DNA from: Mobula hypostoma
Lineage: Eukaryota
DNA length: 64,000 bases
Direction of reading: 5' to 3'
Assembly: GCF_963921235.1 (NCBI RefSeq)
Contig: NC_086098.1
Location: 4,340,001 to 4,404,000 of the forward strand
Position numbers and translations under genes: made by a program. The notes beneath the pieces are model-generated. The model did not search any database and had not been told where the DNA came from. It was given only the letters and a program-made list of their open reading frames with translations. Below, piece by piece: positions 25,561-37,454 of the stretch (positions are counted from its first letter, which is position 1; every line of letters begins with the position of its first letter).

Positions 25561-26011
25561 ATAGGATGATGATGGTTCCTTTCAGTCAGTTAGTGGGGTG
25601 GTACCCCACTCCTCAGAAAGGAACAGTGTGTGCGTGAATGGATTTTAGGTAAGTAGGGGGTTGCACAGGTCCAGACCCACCCTCTCGACATCCCCTCCCG
25701 GATCCAGCAGCATGGTAGGGTCCAAAACGGCTGGGGGAAGTTCTGTTGCAGTGAATGGCCAGACCAAGCTTCGATGCAAGGGATGCCCTTTCCGCACGTC
25801 ATGGTACCTGTTTGCTAGATGGCTTTTGACCCTACGAGAGGGTTCATCCACCCTTTGACAGGTCTTGTTTTTTGTCCTGCAGGGTGTCTAGCCACCTCCC
25901 TCACCAAGCAAGCCTGGTGGGGGAGCCGGTTTAGTCGCCGACCACTCGACCATGCGACAGGTAGTACTGGGTTATGTGGTACCAGTAGCACTCAGATGAG
26001 TGACCTGACCT
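25561..26011 (-). mobile_element. Non-coding short retroposon, probably RTE-derived
   Basis: About 450 bp inserted in an old LINE tail. The minus strand ends actaactgactgaaaggaac(catcat)n. No long ORF. Confidence 0.45.
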
Positions 26012-26029
26012 GAATATAATATGACATTG

Positions 26030-26990
26030 GAGCTGTGCTTAGCCACACAGTCCGTAAGTGTAAAGTTAGTGGAGCAGGGGGCTAAGCACACTGTCTTGTG
26101 GTGATGGAGATCATGGAGGAGATGTTATGGCCAGTCTGAACTGACTGGGTCTGCAAGTGAGAAAAGCAAGGATCCAATTGCACAAGGAAATACCGAAGTC
26201 AAGTTCTTGGAGCTTATACCTTAGTTTTGAGCGGATGATGGCATTGAATGCCAAGTGTAGTCAATAAAGCCATGCCCGTTTCTCACTGTTACCATCAGGT
26301 AGGCGGTACAGGAGCCTGAAGACACACACTCAGAGATTCAGGAACAGCTTCTTCCCCTCTGCCATCTGATTCCTAAATGGACATTGAATCTTTAGACACA
26401 ACCTCGCTTTTTTAAAAAATATACAGTATTTCTGTTTTTGCACTTTTAAAAAAATCTATTCAATATATGTAATTGATTTACTTGTTTATTGATTATTATT
26501 GTTTTTATTTTATTTATTATTATGTTTTTTTCTCTGCTAGATTACGTATTGCATTGAACTGCTGCCGCTAAGTTAACAAATTTCACGTCACATGCCGGTG
26601 ATGATTCTGATAAAGAGCACCCTGACGATTGCACATTTGCTGTCCAGACGTTCCAGGATTGGTGAAGAGCCAATGAGGTGACATCTGCTGTGGACCTGTT
26701 CCTCCGGTAGGGCAAATTAGAGAGGATGCAATTTGCTGCTCAGGCAGGAGTTGATATGTTTCATCACCAACCTCTTAAAGCACTTCAAAGCTGTGAATGT
26801 ACGGTGAAAGTGCTACTGAATGATAGCCGTCAAGGCAGGTCACCACGTTCCTCTCAGGGACTGGAATAATTGAAGCCTACTCAAATTAAGTGAGTACGTC
26901 AGACTGCTAAAGTGAGAAGTTAAAGATCTCAGTGAACACCCTTGTCAGTAGATCAGCAAAGGTCTTTAGTACTTAGCCAGGTACTCTGTC
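26030..26990 (-). mobile_element. Rex1/Babar-like RT fragment (minus) interrupted by a plus-strand Rex1-type 3' end (26270-26610)
   Basis: The host is homologous to 12581-12900. The insert has ccatcaggtaggcggtacaggagcctg and is flanked by ataaag at 26264-26269 and 26610-26615. Confidence 0.7.
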
Positions 26991-27134
26991 TGTCAAAATC
27001 TTAGTTAAAAGCAAGGCTAAATAAATACAGTGGATTTGGAGCTGGCATTTACCAGTGTCAACTGAGTCGACATCCATTATCGTTTTACTTATTGTGTTCC
27101 ACAGTTCAGGAGTGTAGTTCAAAAAAGTGACTGT

Positions 27135-27350
27135 CCTGACCTCCTGGTTTCATGTCATTTCAACTCCACATTCCATCCACGTGCAACCTGTCTGTCCTCA
27201 GCCTGTTTCACTGAGATAAGGCCAGACACAAACTAGAAAGGAAGTCACTCCATACTCCAACTGGATAATCTGCAACCCAACATTGAACCTACAATGTTGA
27301 ATTTTCCAATTTCAGGCCAACCACATTCCCTTACCTGGTTCCACTTCTCA
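27135..27350 (+). mobile_element. Penelope-like element, C-terminal (GIY-YIG region) remnant
   Basis: Across frameshifts it gives HFNST...LSVLSLFH...RHKLE...LDNLQPN...EFSNFR, the typical end of a PLE ORF. Confidence 0.55.
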
Positions 27351-27522
27351 CCTAGATATCAATAAGATTGAAAGAGAGTACAGCGAAATTTACAAGGATG
27401 TTGCCAGAACCTGAGGACCTGAGTTATAGTGAAAAGTTGAATAGGTTAGGACTTTATTCTCTTGACCGTAGGAGAATGAAGGGAGATTTGATAGCAGTAC
27501 AAAATCATGACTGGTGTAAAGA

Positions 27523-27900
27523 GGGTTGGGTGCCGGGGTGAAGATACATCTCCACCAAAGGAGGTGTAAGGTGCTCCTTCCCTCCACTAGCCTGCAGGTC
27601 ACCCTTGGGCAAGGTGTAGCACCTACTTAGTCCCCCCGATCAGAGTCACATGAAGCCAAGGGAGCAGGTGGTGGATGGTCATATGAGCAGCCGGTGTCCT
27701 GGTTATGCAACCAGTGACGTCAGGCAGACAATCTCTGAAGAGTATTGATAATGGCCGAGGTCACCTGTCTTGTAAAGACACTGTCCAGAAGAAGGCAATG
27801 GCAAACCACTTCTGTAGAAAAATTTGCCAAGAAAAATCATGGTCATGGAAAGATCATGATCGCCCATGTCATACAACACAGCACAGGATGATGGTGATGA
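27523..27900 (+). mobile_element. RTE/BovB-tailed SINE-like element inserted in a CR1 3' fragment (~27355-28065)
   Basis: The 3' part gaagaaggcaatggcaaaccacttctg...ttgccaagaaaa resembles the BovB-derived Bov-A/Sauria SINE segment. Tail (tga)n. Degenerate duplication taaagagggt/tagacagggt. Confidence 0.65.
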
Positions 27901-28152
27901 TAGACAGGGTAAATTCAAGAAGGCAGTTTCCACTGAAGTCAGATGAGACCAGGACATGAGGTCAGGGGTTAAAGGTGAAAGGTAAGATGTTTAAGGGGAA
28001 ACATCTTCATTCAGAGGGTGGTGTGAGTGTGGCACAAATGCCAGTGGAAGCAGTGGATGCGGGTTCTTCTGTTATTCGTCAACACCTACACATTCACGTC
28101 ACAGCAACAATTAACAATGAACACTATTGACAACACACAGGTGAAAATGTCT

Positions 28153-28393
28153 TCTACTCCCTAAACTCATCACACCTACTGGGGCATAGGCCACTGAAGG
28201 AAGCCTGGCAGAATCCTCTCTGATGGGCCAGTCTTTCAGGTTTTACAAGCTGCAGCCTAGGTGAAGATCCTTCCTCTCTCCAGAGTTTCTGTTGTCGTGT
28301 TTGTAGCTCTGGATTTTTACAGGGTGGGAACGCTAGCCCCATGCTCAATCCTCCTCCTTCCACAGCCGGGCTTGGGGCTGTCCATGGAGGAGT
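28153..28393 (-). mobile_element. Bipartite RTE-derived non-autonomous element with a twister-like 5' motif
   Basis: Minus strand reads actcctccatggacagccccaagcccggctgtggaaggaggaggattgagcatggggctagcgttcccaccctgtaaaaatcc, followed by an RTE ORF-end-like 3' part. Homologous to 52760-53029. Confidence 0.7.
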
Positions 28394-28547
28394 CCTGTGG
28401 AAACGCTGTTGTATCAAAAAGAAAACAATGACCTTTTAATCTGGCTTCCTCAATGATTAAATCGTGCCACTGCAATACATCAAAGGTATCAGTTTCTTAG
28501 ATTTCATTTCATGTATCTTAGAATTTCCAAGTTAAAATAATATACAA

Positions 28548-28867
28548 ATATTCCCTCCCCCTCGCCTCTTCCTCTATTCGCCACTCTAGCCGCTTACCTC
28601 TCCTCACCTGCCTATCACCTCCCCCTGGGTCCCCTCCTTCAATTTCTCCTATGGTCCACTCTCGTCTCCTGTCAGATTCCTTTCTCTCCAGTCCCTGACC
28701 TTTCCCACTCACCTGGCTTCCCCCCCCCCCCACCACACACCTTTTTTATTCTGGCATCTTCCCACTTCCTTTCTGATCCTGAAGAAGGGTCTCGGCTAAA
28801 AACATCGACTATTTGTTCATATCCATGGATGCTGCCCGAAATGCAGAGCTCCTCCAGCATGCTGTGT
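28548..28867 (+). mobile_element. Penelope-like pseudo-LTR with a degenerate hammerhead
   Basis: Pyrimidine-rich body, then tcCTGAAGAagggtctcggctaaaaacatcgact, then gatgctgcc...ctccagca. Confidence 0.7.
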
Positions 28868-29019
28868 AAGATCAGCTTTATTTGTCACACGTACACTGGA
28901 GCACATAACGAAATGCACCTTCTGCATCAACGACTAACACAGTCCGAGGATTGTGCTGGGGGCAGCCCCTCAGGTGTTGCCATGCTTCCTGTGCATACCC
29001 ACAACTCACGATCCCTAAC

Positions 29020-29178
29020 TCGGATTACTTTGGAATGCGGGAGGAAACCGGAGTAGGCGGAAGAAACCGCGTGGTCACGGAAGAACGTACAAACTCAGAG
29101 AGTCGTGGGAATCAAGCCCCAGTCGGTAATCACCGGTGCTGTAAAGAGACTGCGCTAACCGCTACGCTACCATGCCAA
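29020..29178 (-). mobile_element. tRNA-derived SINE head (V-SINE/HE1-like)
   Basis: Minus strand reads ggcatggtagcgtagcggttagcgc...ggggcttgattccc...gagtttgtacgttcttccgtgacc. Confidence 0.7.
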
Positions 29179-29754
29179 CCCTGTCCAAAGTTAGAAGGCG
29201 GCATATGGTTTCACAGTACATTACTGAACCATTTGGGAAGATTCTCTCACACACTTCCAACACTGAATCAGACATTTAGCAGAGATTCATTCAGTCTGAG
29301 GTTCTGTGAACAAATTGCCTTCACAAATTAGCAATTTACATTCTATTCCCTGTCAGTTTGTAAAGAGAGTAAGTGTGAAAATTCCAGAGTTGGTGTTGGT
29401 TGAACACACAGATCCTTCTAAATACTCACACCTATCAACATCCAGATCCAAGAACATCTTGCCTTCAGAACATGCCATTCTTTAAAGTTGTAAATGAACA
29501 TTTATTAAAAAGACAAGCCTTACGTAATCTGTCCTTTCTGCAAGGGCTGTATCTCAGTATTTGCAAGCAGTTGTCAGTTTACAGAAACATCACCCAGTGA
29601 CAAGCCCCAAGTTGACATCAGCACATATTTACACCCCTCGAAATACAGTTAAAACAATTCCTGAAGACACACTCTCAACATTTTGGGAACAACTTCTTCT
29701 ATGGTATCTCATTGGCTCTTCACACAACCGTGGAATATCTGGAGGGCAAAGGTG

Positions 29755-30968
29755 CAGATATCAGGATGCTGTTTATCAATTTCAGCTCAGCATTTAACAC
29801 CATTATTCCCTTAAAACTATTGAGTACACTCCAATACCTGAGCCTTAATACTCTCTTGTACAATTAGATCCTGGATTTCCTCACTTGTAGACCCCAGCCA
29901 GTCCAGATTGGCAAAAACACCTCCCCAGTCCTACCGAAGGGTTTTGGCCCGAAACTCCAGCACTTTGAGTGTGTTCCTTGGATTTCCAGCATCAACAGAT
30001 TTTCTCTTGCTTGTGAATGGATCCCCACAATCTCCATCAGCACAAGAGAACGACTGGGATGTGTGCTTAGCCCCCTGCTCCACGTACTTTTGACTGCATG
30101 GCTAAGCACAGCTCCAACACCATGTACAAGTCTGCTGATGACACCACTGTTGTGGGCTGTATCAAAGGTGGTGATTAATCAGCATACAGCAGGGAGATTG
30201 ATAACTTTGCTGGGTGATGTCATCAGCTTCTCACTCAATGTCAGTAAGACCAAGGAACTGATTGCAGACTTCAGGAGAGGGAAACCAGAGGTCCACGAGC
30301 CAGAACTCATCAGAGGATCAGAGGTGGAGAAGGTCAGTAACTTCTGGACCTATCATAATTGTGAAGAAAGCAGAACAGCACCTCTACTCCCTCAGAATTT
30401 TGCAGAGATTTGGCGTGTCATCAAAAACCTTGGCAAATTTCTTTGGATGTGTGGTGAAGATTGTGCTGACTGGCTGTATTACAGGCTGGTATGGGAACAC
30501 CAATGCCTTTCAGCAGAAATTCTACAAAAAGTAGTGGATTCAGCCCAGTACGTCATGGGTAGAACCCTCCCAACTATTCAGCACATCTACATGAAACATT
30601 GCTGTAGAAAAACAGCATCTATCATCAAAGATCCTCACCACCCAGGCCATGCTCTTTTCTCACGGCTGCCATTAGGTAGAAAGTACAAGAGCCTCAGGAC
30701 TTGCACTGCCATGTCCAAGAACAGTTACTACCCCTCAACCATCAGGCTCTTCAACAAAAGGGGATAACTACACTCTTTTATCTTGTTATTTCATGCTCAC
30801 CATTTATTGCTATTTATTTATATCAGCATTTTCACAATTCGGTGTGCTTTGATCCTGTTTACAGTTACTGTTCAACAGATTTGCTAAGTATGCCCGCAGA
30901 AAAAGAATCTCAGGGTTGTATGTGGCGACCTATATGTACTCTGATAATAAATTTTACTTTGAACTTTG
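29755..30968 (+). mobile_element. Decayed Rex1/Babar-like LINE (RT to 3' tail) with a Penelope fragment inserted at ~29926-30015
   Basis: Motifs IRMLFI.FSSAFNTIIP, LNVSKTKELI.DFR and IIKDPHHPGHALFS. Tail aataaattttac(tttgaac)n. Confidence 0.8.
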
Positions 30969-31773
30969 ATCAGATTTCTGAATGGACACCACCTCGCTAT
31001 TTTTTTCTGTTTTTGCTCTCTTTTTTGCACTACTTATTTCTGGTTTGGGGTGGAGCCATTGCACAGGATCAAAAAGGGCTGCAGAAAGCTGCGAAGTCAA
31101 CCATCTCCATCGTGGCTCTGGCCTTCCCAGCTTTCAGGACATCTTCAAGGAGCACTGCCTGAAAAGGCTGCATTCACCATTAAGGACCCCCGTCACCCAG
31201 GACATGCCCTCTTCTCATTGCTATCATCAAGGAGGAGCTACAGACTCCTGAAGGCACACGCTCAGTGATTCAGGAACAGCTTCTTCCCCTCTGCCATCTG
31301 ATTTCTAAGTGGAATATCAACCTATGAACACTACTTTCACTACTTTGTTTTCTCTTTTTGCACTATTTAACTTTTTCAAATATACATGCATATACTTAAC
31401 TGTAATTTACAGTTTTTATTATGTATTGCAATGTTCTGCTGCACAAAACAACATATTTTACGGTATATAACACCATAAGGCCATATGACAAAGGAGCAAA
31501 ATTGGGCCATTTGGCCCATCGAGTCTGTTCTGCCATTCCATTACAGCTGTCAACCCCATTCGCCTGCCTTCTCCGCGTAACTTTTAAGCAAGAACCTATT
31601 AACCTCCATCTTAAATATACCCAAAGACTTGGCCTCCATCTGTGCAATGAATGAATTCCACAGATTACCATGCTCTAGCTAAAGAAATTCCTCCTCATTT
31701 TCGTTCTAAATGGATGTAACTATTCTTGAGGCTGCGTCCTCAGGTCTTAAGACTCCCCCACTATAGGAAACAT

Positions 31774-32160
31774 GGTGCTGGCATCCGTTAGTCTCGCGAG
31801 ACCATGTATCTGCACCTGGAAATGGTTCTCCAGGGCGCAGGCCTGGGCAAGGTTGTATGGAAGACCGGCAGTTGCCTAAGCAGCAAGTCTCCCCTCTCCA
31901 CGATACTGATGTTGTCCAAGGGAAGGGCAAGAGCCAATAACAGCTTGGCACCAGTGTTGTTGCAGGAGCTGCCAGAACGAGGTTGAAGGCAACGTCGGAC
32001 TGCCTTAGGGACCCCAGCTCCAGATTTGTCCTCAGGGTTTACTCCCGAAGCCTTTCCCATGAGTGGGTATGGCCGCAAGGCAGCGGAGGTTTGAAGTCAG
32101 AGTTTTCCCTCTCTTAGATGGACAGCCTTCCCAGGCTGACAAGCCCCATCTACCTGAAAA
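31774..32160 (-). mobile_element. RTE-derived SINE-like element with a 9-bp TSD, inserted in an antisense CR1 3' fragment (~31450-32300)
   Basis: aggaaacat occurs at 31765-31773 and 32161-32169. The minus strand carries the RTE 5' motif gagagggaaaactctgacttcaaacc. Confidence 0.75.
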
Positions 32161-34959
32161 AGGAAACATATAGTTTCCTACGTCCACATCCACTCTGTCA
32201 AGGCCGTTCACCATCTAATAGGTTACAATGAGATTCCACCACCCCCCCATTCTTTTAAACTGCTGCAATTACACTCCCAGAGTCATCAAACGTTCCTCAG
32301 GGACCCTGCTTCCTCAACATTACCTGCCCCTCCACCTATCGTCATATCATCGCAAACACTGAGCCCATTCACAAATCGAAACAGAAGCACACAACATCCC
32401 AAACTATCTCGCCCCCAAACATGTTAAGCACCACAGAGACACAGGAGAATCCACAGATTCTGGGAATCTTGAGTAACACACACAAGTCAAAATCAGAATC
32501 AAGTTTATTATCACTGATATACTGTGTGTAGTGAAACGTGTGGTTTTACAGCAGTTGTGGGACTCCAGAGGTCAGTCGAACATGGACGTAGCATCCGAAC
32601 TGTCTGGGTACACAAGTCCAGGTGATACGATATAGAGAGCAAGCTGTTGCTCGTATAGCAGGCTCCCCCTCTCCACGCAGCTCATGAATCCAAAAGATCA
32701 GCAGGGACTGATACAGTCTGGCACCAGCAGCCTCGCAGGGGTTGCCAGTCACAGTTGAACTTTGAACTTGAACTGGAGTGTTGAACTCAACATTGGATGG
32801 CCATAGTACAGTGCAATACATTAAAAATCACTACAAGGTGCAGTAGGAAATATATATATAAATAAAGTTCAAAGTACATTTATTATCGAAGTATATATAC
32901 CATATACAACCCTGAGATTCATCTTGCAGGCAACCACAAAACAAAGAAACACAATAGAGTCCATGGAAAAAAGAACACCACAAAGACTGTCATACTCCCA
33001 ATGTGTGAAAAAAGAACAAATTGTGCAAACAATAATAAACAAATATTACATAGAACATGAATGGCGGAGTCTCCAGAAGGGAATCCACAGCCACAGACAG
33101 CAAAATAGTGGGGCAGAGTTCATGGGCTCCTGGATATAGGGTTTCAGCCCAAAACATCGACAGTTTATTCCTCCGCATGGATGCTGCCTGGCCTGTGAGT
33201 CCCTCCAGCGTTTTGTGTGTGTGGCTCTGTTACGACCCACCCGTAACTACATCTTCGGGTGCATCACAGGACTCTTTCCCATCCCAGAACCGACTGAACT
33301 GAAGTGGAAGCAAGCTGTCCTCAAAGCCAAGAGGCTCTCAAAAACAGACCTGGCCTTCCCCGCAGCAGAGACGCTGTAGTTTCGATTGTAACACAGGACA
33401 TCACAACTTCAAGATCTCAAGAGCCACAAGGTAATGCTGCAGCTCGATAAAACTTTCACAACACATGCTAGTGATATTAAACCCGATTCTAATTCTGAAC
33501 TCTGGTCAGAGCACACTTGGAATTTTGTGTTCAGTTCTGGTTGACATTCAATGCTTATTTATTTATTTATAATTATTTTTTTCTTTCTTTTTGTATTTGC
33601 ACAGTTTTTTGTCTTTTGCACACTGATTGAACGCCCATTTGGGGAGGTCTTTCATTGATTCTATTCTGGTTATTATTCTATAATGGATTTATTGAGCATG
33701 CCAACAAGAAAATGAATCTCAGTGTTGTATATGTACTTTTTTAATAAACTTAATTTGAGTTTGACTCATTATAGGAAGGATGTGGAATCTTTAGGGAGGG
33801 GGCAGAGGTTTCCCAGGATGCTGCCTCGATTAGACAGCATGGCTTGTGAGGAGATGTTGTGTGAATTAGGGCTTTTCAGTTTGGACTGGAGGATGAGAGG
33901 TGACTTAATAGAGTTCTACAAAATTAAAAAGAAGCATAGATCAGGTGGATAGGCACAGGGCAGAAATGTCTAAATTTTAAGGTGAATGGAAGAAAGTACA
34001 GAGGGGCGTTAGAGATAGTTTTTTTTACACAGAGTAGTGTGTGCATGGAATGCCTCGCAGGGGTGATGGTACAGGCAGATACCTTACAGGTATTTAAGAA
34101 ACTCTGAGACACATGGATGATAGAAAACCAGAGAACTCTGTCAGTGGGAAGGGTTAGATTGATCTCAGAGTGGGTTAAAAAGTCAGCACCACATCATGGG
34201 CCAAAGGGTCTGCACTCTGCAGTGACGTTTTACATTCTAGCTCAATAATAAATTATATAAATTGGACAAAATACCCAAAACGTTTGCCAGCTCTCTAATG
34301 TAACTGAAAACTGAAAATTAATTCCTGTTGTATAATGTGATTGACTGGTACAAGTTGAAATTGGAACAGGCTTTAAATTTAAACTGTTTATAACCATGGA
34401 TGACAACATTTCAAAATAAGTGAATTAGCATTCTCCAAATACTGAAAGCATTCGGGACGCAACAAATTTATATTTCACTTCGCTATTGGCAATTTTAATT
34501 ATTTCCAACTCAGATGAGGTCATCATATCGAATTCCTGTCCAAATTCTCCATTGAAGCAAGGTCACGTAGTGTACTGTCTTACAATTACGTTGCCATGGT
34601 AAAGCTGAAGTCAACTAAAGTCTTATGACAGAAAGGGCTATTTTTCACCACATTTACAGCGTCCCGTGTAACAGGGTGTCACATCGGCGTAATTTCCAAA
34701 AGCAGATTTTAAATCTCCTAAAACAGTGTCAACAGCAAGCAGATAGTGTACAGAATATGCAATCTCCAACCCTGCAATCAAAAGCCCAACAGTAGATACT
34801 ACTACATAGTTGATCCTCAATTGAATACAACTTCCACTCACCTCAAGCGGTTGTGTGTTTTTTTAATTATTCAGTTGTTACATTTAATGCCTGGTGTCTG
34901 CATCTCGAGAAGCTTGGACATACGGTTCATCATTCTGTGCATTTGCACCGTGGACTGGC

Positions 34960-35135
34960 ATTCACAAATCCGCTGGTCCCCGGCACGCCGAGCGCAGAGA
35001 GACCCCAGCACTACCAGGCAAATGGAGCCGAGGCGCCACCGTGCGCGCAGTGCCTGACGATGACGCGCAGCGCGGCCCGGCGCACGCTCCTGCCGACCTC
35101 TGCAACGCCGCTGGCGAGCGCTGCTTATCCGTTTC
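34960..35135. promoter_or_regulatory. Small CpG-rich island, candidate promoter
   Basis: Dense undecayed CpGs in an otherwise CpG-depleted window. Contains TGCGCGCA and tandem TGACG half-sites (cctgacgatgacgcg). Not part of any repeat I recognise. Confidence 0.45.
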
Positions 35136-35484
35136 ACAAACACGAGAGATTCTGCAGATACTTTCTGCAAAAAAAAACAGTTACTTCTCTTCCAGCAGTA
35201 AAGCTGATCAATACTTCCACTCACTAACCCACCGCCGCTACTTCATCATTAGCTGTCAGAGTCACCTTGTGTACTCCTGTACCCAGTGTCACTTTATGGG
35301 CATACAATCTATCCATGAATATGATATCTTATTTATTTATTTATATTTCTTGTGTTCCTATTATTTTATTGTGTTTTTTTATGCTGCATTGGATCCAGAG
35401 TAACAGTTATTTCGTTCTCCTTTACACTTTTTGTGCTGATAATGACATAAACAATCAAGGGATACTGGAATCTTGAACAACATA

Positions 35485-35487
35485 TAG

Positions 35488-35519
<32 letters not shown>

Positions 35520-36032
35520 ACAGACTCACACATTCACACACACTCTCACACACACACAGACACACACTCTCACACACACTCACTCATTCACACTCACACA
35601 CTCACTCATTCACACTCACACACTCACACATTCACACACACACATACACACACATTCACACTCACACACTCACACAGTCACACACACACTCACACATTCA
35701 CACACACTGACACACATACACACACACTCACACATTTACACTCACACACACACACTCACACACACACACACATTCACACTCACACACTCACACATTCACA
35801 CACACACTCACACACTCACACACAGACACACATACACACACTCACACATTCACACTCACACATTCACACACATACTCACACAGACTCACACAGAGACACA
35901 CACTCACAGACTCACACATTCACACACACGCTCAGACACACACTCACAAACTCACACATTTACACACACACATACACTCACGCATACACGTTTACACAGA
36001 CACACACACTCACACATATTCACACAGACACA
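35485..36032. repeat. Degenerate (CA)n microsatellite
   Basis: Imperfect CA run with cact/catt interruptions. Confidence 0.95.
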
Positions 36033-36039
36033 CCCTCTC

Positions 36040-36707
36040 AGAGAAAGGAGGGAGGAGAAGATGGCAGTGTGATGCAGCGCGCGTGGCCGTTGCGAATTGA
36101 TATCGATATGTGTTAACTAGGGGGCCGTGCACAATCCGGATTTGATGGAGACAGCCGTGAGAAGCGCAGAGGAATATCTGGAGTAACTTCTGAAATGCCT
36201 GTTTCGCTGCCGTTGCTACTGTGCAATTGAGAATCTCTGGAGGGGAAGGCGCCAAATCCACGGCTTTGCGTATTGCTTGTTGCCAGGGCCGGGCTTGAAG
36301 CGCTCGGCAGAGATGGTGCTCGGTGCTCTGTGTCGAATAGGTGGTCGGAGGCCCGGAGTTTTCGGACGGACTCGGAGTCGGACTGCGGTCGGATGCTTCC
36401 AGGATGCTGCATCGGCAAGTTTGCAGCGCTAGAGGTTCACCGTCTGCGTGAGATGATGGGACTTTCATGAGACTTTGAGACTTTTACCGTGCCCATGGTC
36501 TGTTCTTTATCAAATTACGGTATTGCTTTGCACTGTTGTGACTATATGTTATAATTATGTGGTTTTTGTCAGTTTTTAAGTCGGTTTGTCATGTATTTTT
36601 GTAATATCATTCTGGAAAAACATTTTATCATTTCTTAATGCATGCATTACTAAATGACAGTAAAAGGGGACTGCGTGTCTTCATAATCATGATAATAATA
36701 ATAATAA

Positions 36708-36708
<1 letters not shown>
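36040..36708 (+). mobile_element. Non-autonomous non-LTR retroposon inserted in the CA repeat
   Basis: The 5' end is gaggagaagatggc and the 3' end is taaaaggggactgcgtgtcttcataatc(ata)n. A 5'-truncated antisense copy of the same 3' end lies at ~48997-49065. Confidence 0.6.
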
Positions 36709-36740
<32 letters not shown>

Positions 36741-37064
36741 ATGCTGGAGGAACTTAGCAAGTCAGGCAGCGTCTATGGTGGGGAATAAATAGTTGACGTT
36801 TCAGGCCAAAACCATCCTCAGGACTGGAAAGGGATGTGGAAGAAGATAAGATTTGTTAAATGATTTATTCTGTGTTGTTCTGCCGAGCATTGTGGGCTTG
36901 CTCTCTTGGTCCCAGAATGAGTGGCAACATTTTTGGGCTGGCCCCAGCAAATCGTTGGACGTGTTGGTTGTTAACAGACAACACACATTTCACTGTATGT
37001 TTCAATGTACACATGATAAAATTCAATCTTGAATCAACGTGATTTAGAAAATTTGTATTCATAG

Positions 37065-37454
37065 TGTCACGGTCCCGATCGTTAATTCCCTATCTTTCTC
37101 CTAATTTTCTTTGATTGTGCCATGGTTCCGACCGTTAATTTCCCACTTGCTCCTAATTCTCTTTAATGATGGCACAGCTGGTTTCCATCAAGACCTGCAG
37201 CATAAGAACCTCAGCGTTACAACCACTAGTCGCCAGATCGTGGTAATTAACGTTTCCCAGCCGCTTAGGACCGTGTGTTTTAAGTTTTGGTCCAGTTTCA
37301 AGGTTAAGCTATGACACTCCGTCTCTCTGTGTCAAGGCTCCGTGTCAAGATCCCTCCTGTTTGCTATTCAAAGTTCACGTCCGCGTAAGCATCCTAACTC
37401 AATCTCCGTGCCTGTGTCCTGCACTTGGGTTCGTGTCATTCGCTCGTTGCAACA
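37065..37454 (+). repeat. 5' LTR (390 bp, tgtcac...gcaaca)
   Basis: Direct repeat of 47161-47565. It lacks a 15-nt segment present in the 3' LTR. Confidence 0.95.

Noticed and set aside
25880..26011. HDV-like ribozyme at the 5' end of the minus-strand element
   Set aside because: Hairpins are present, but I could not fit the nested double pseudoknot by eye.
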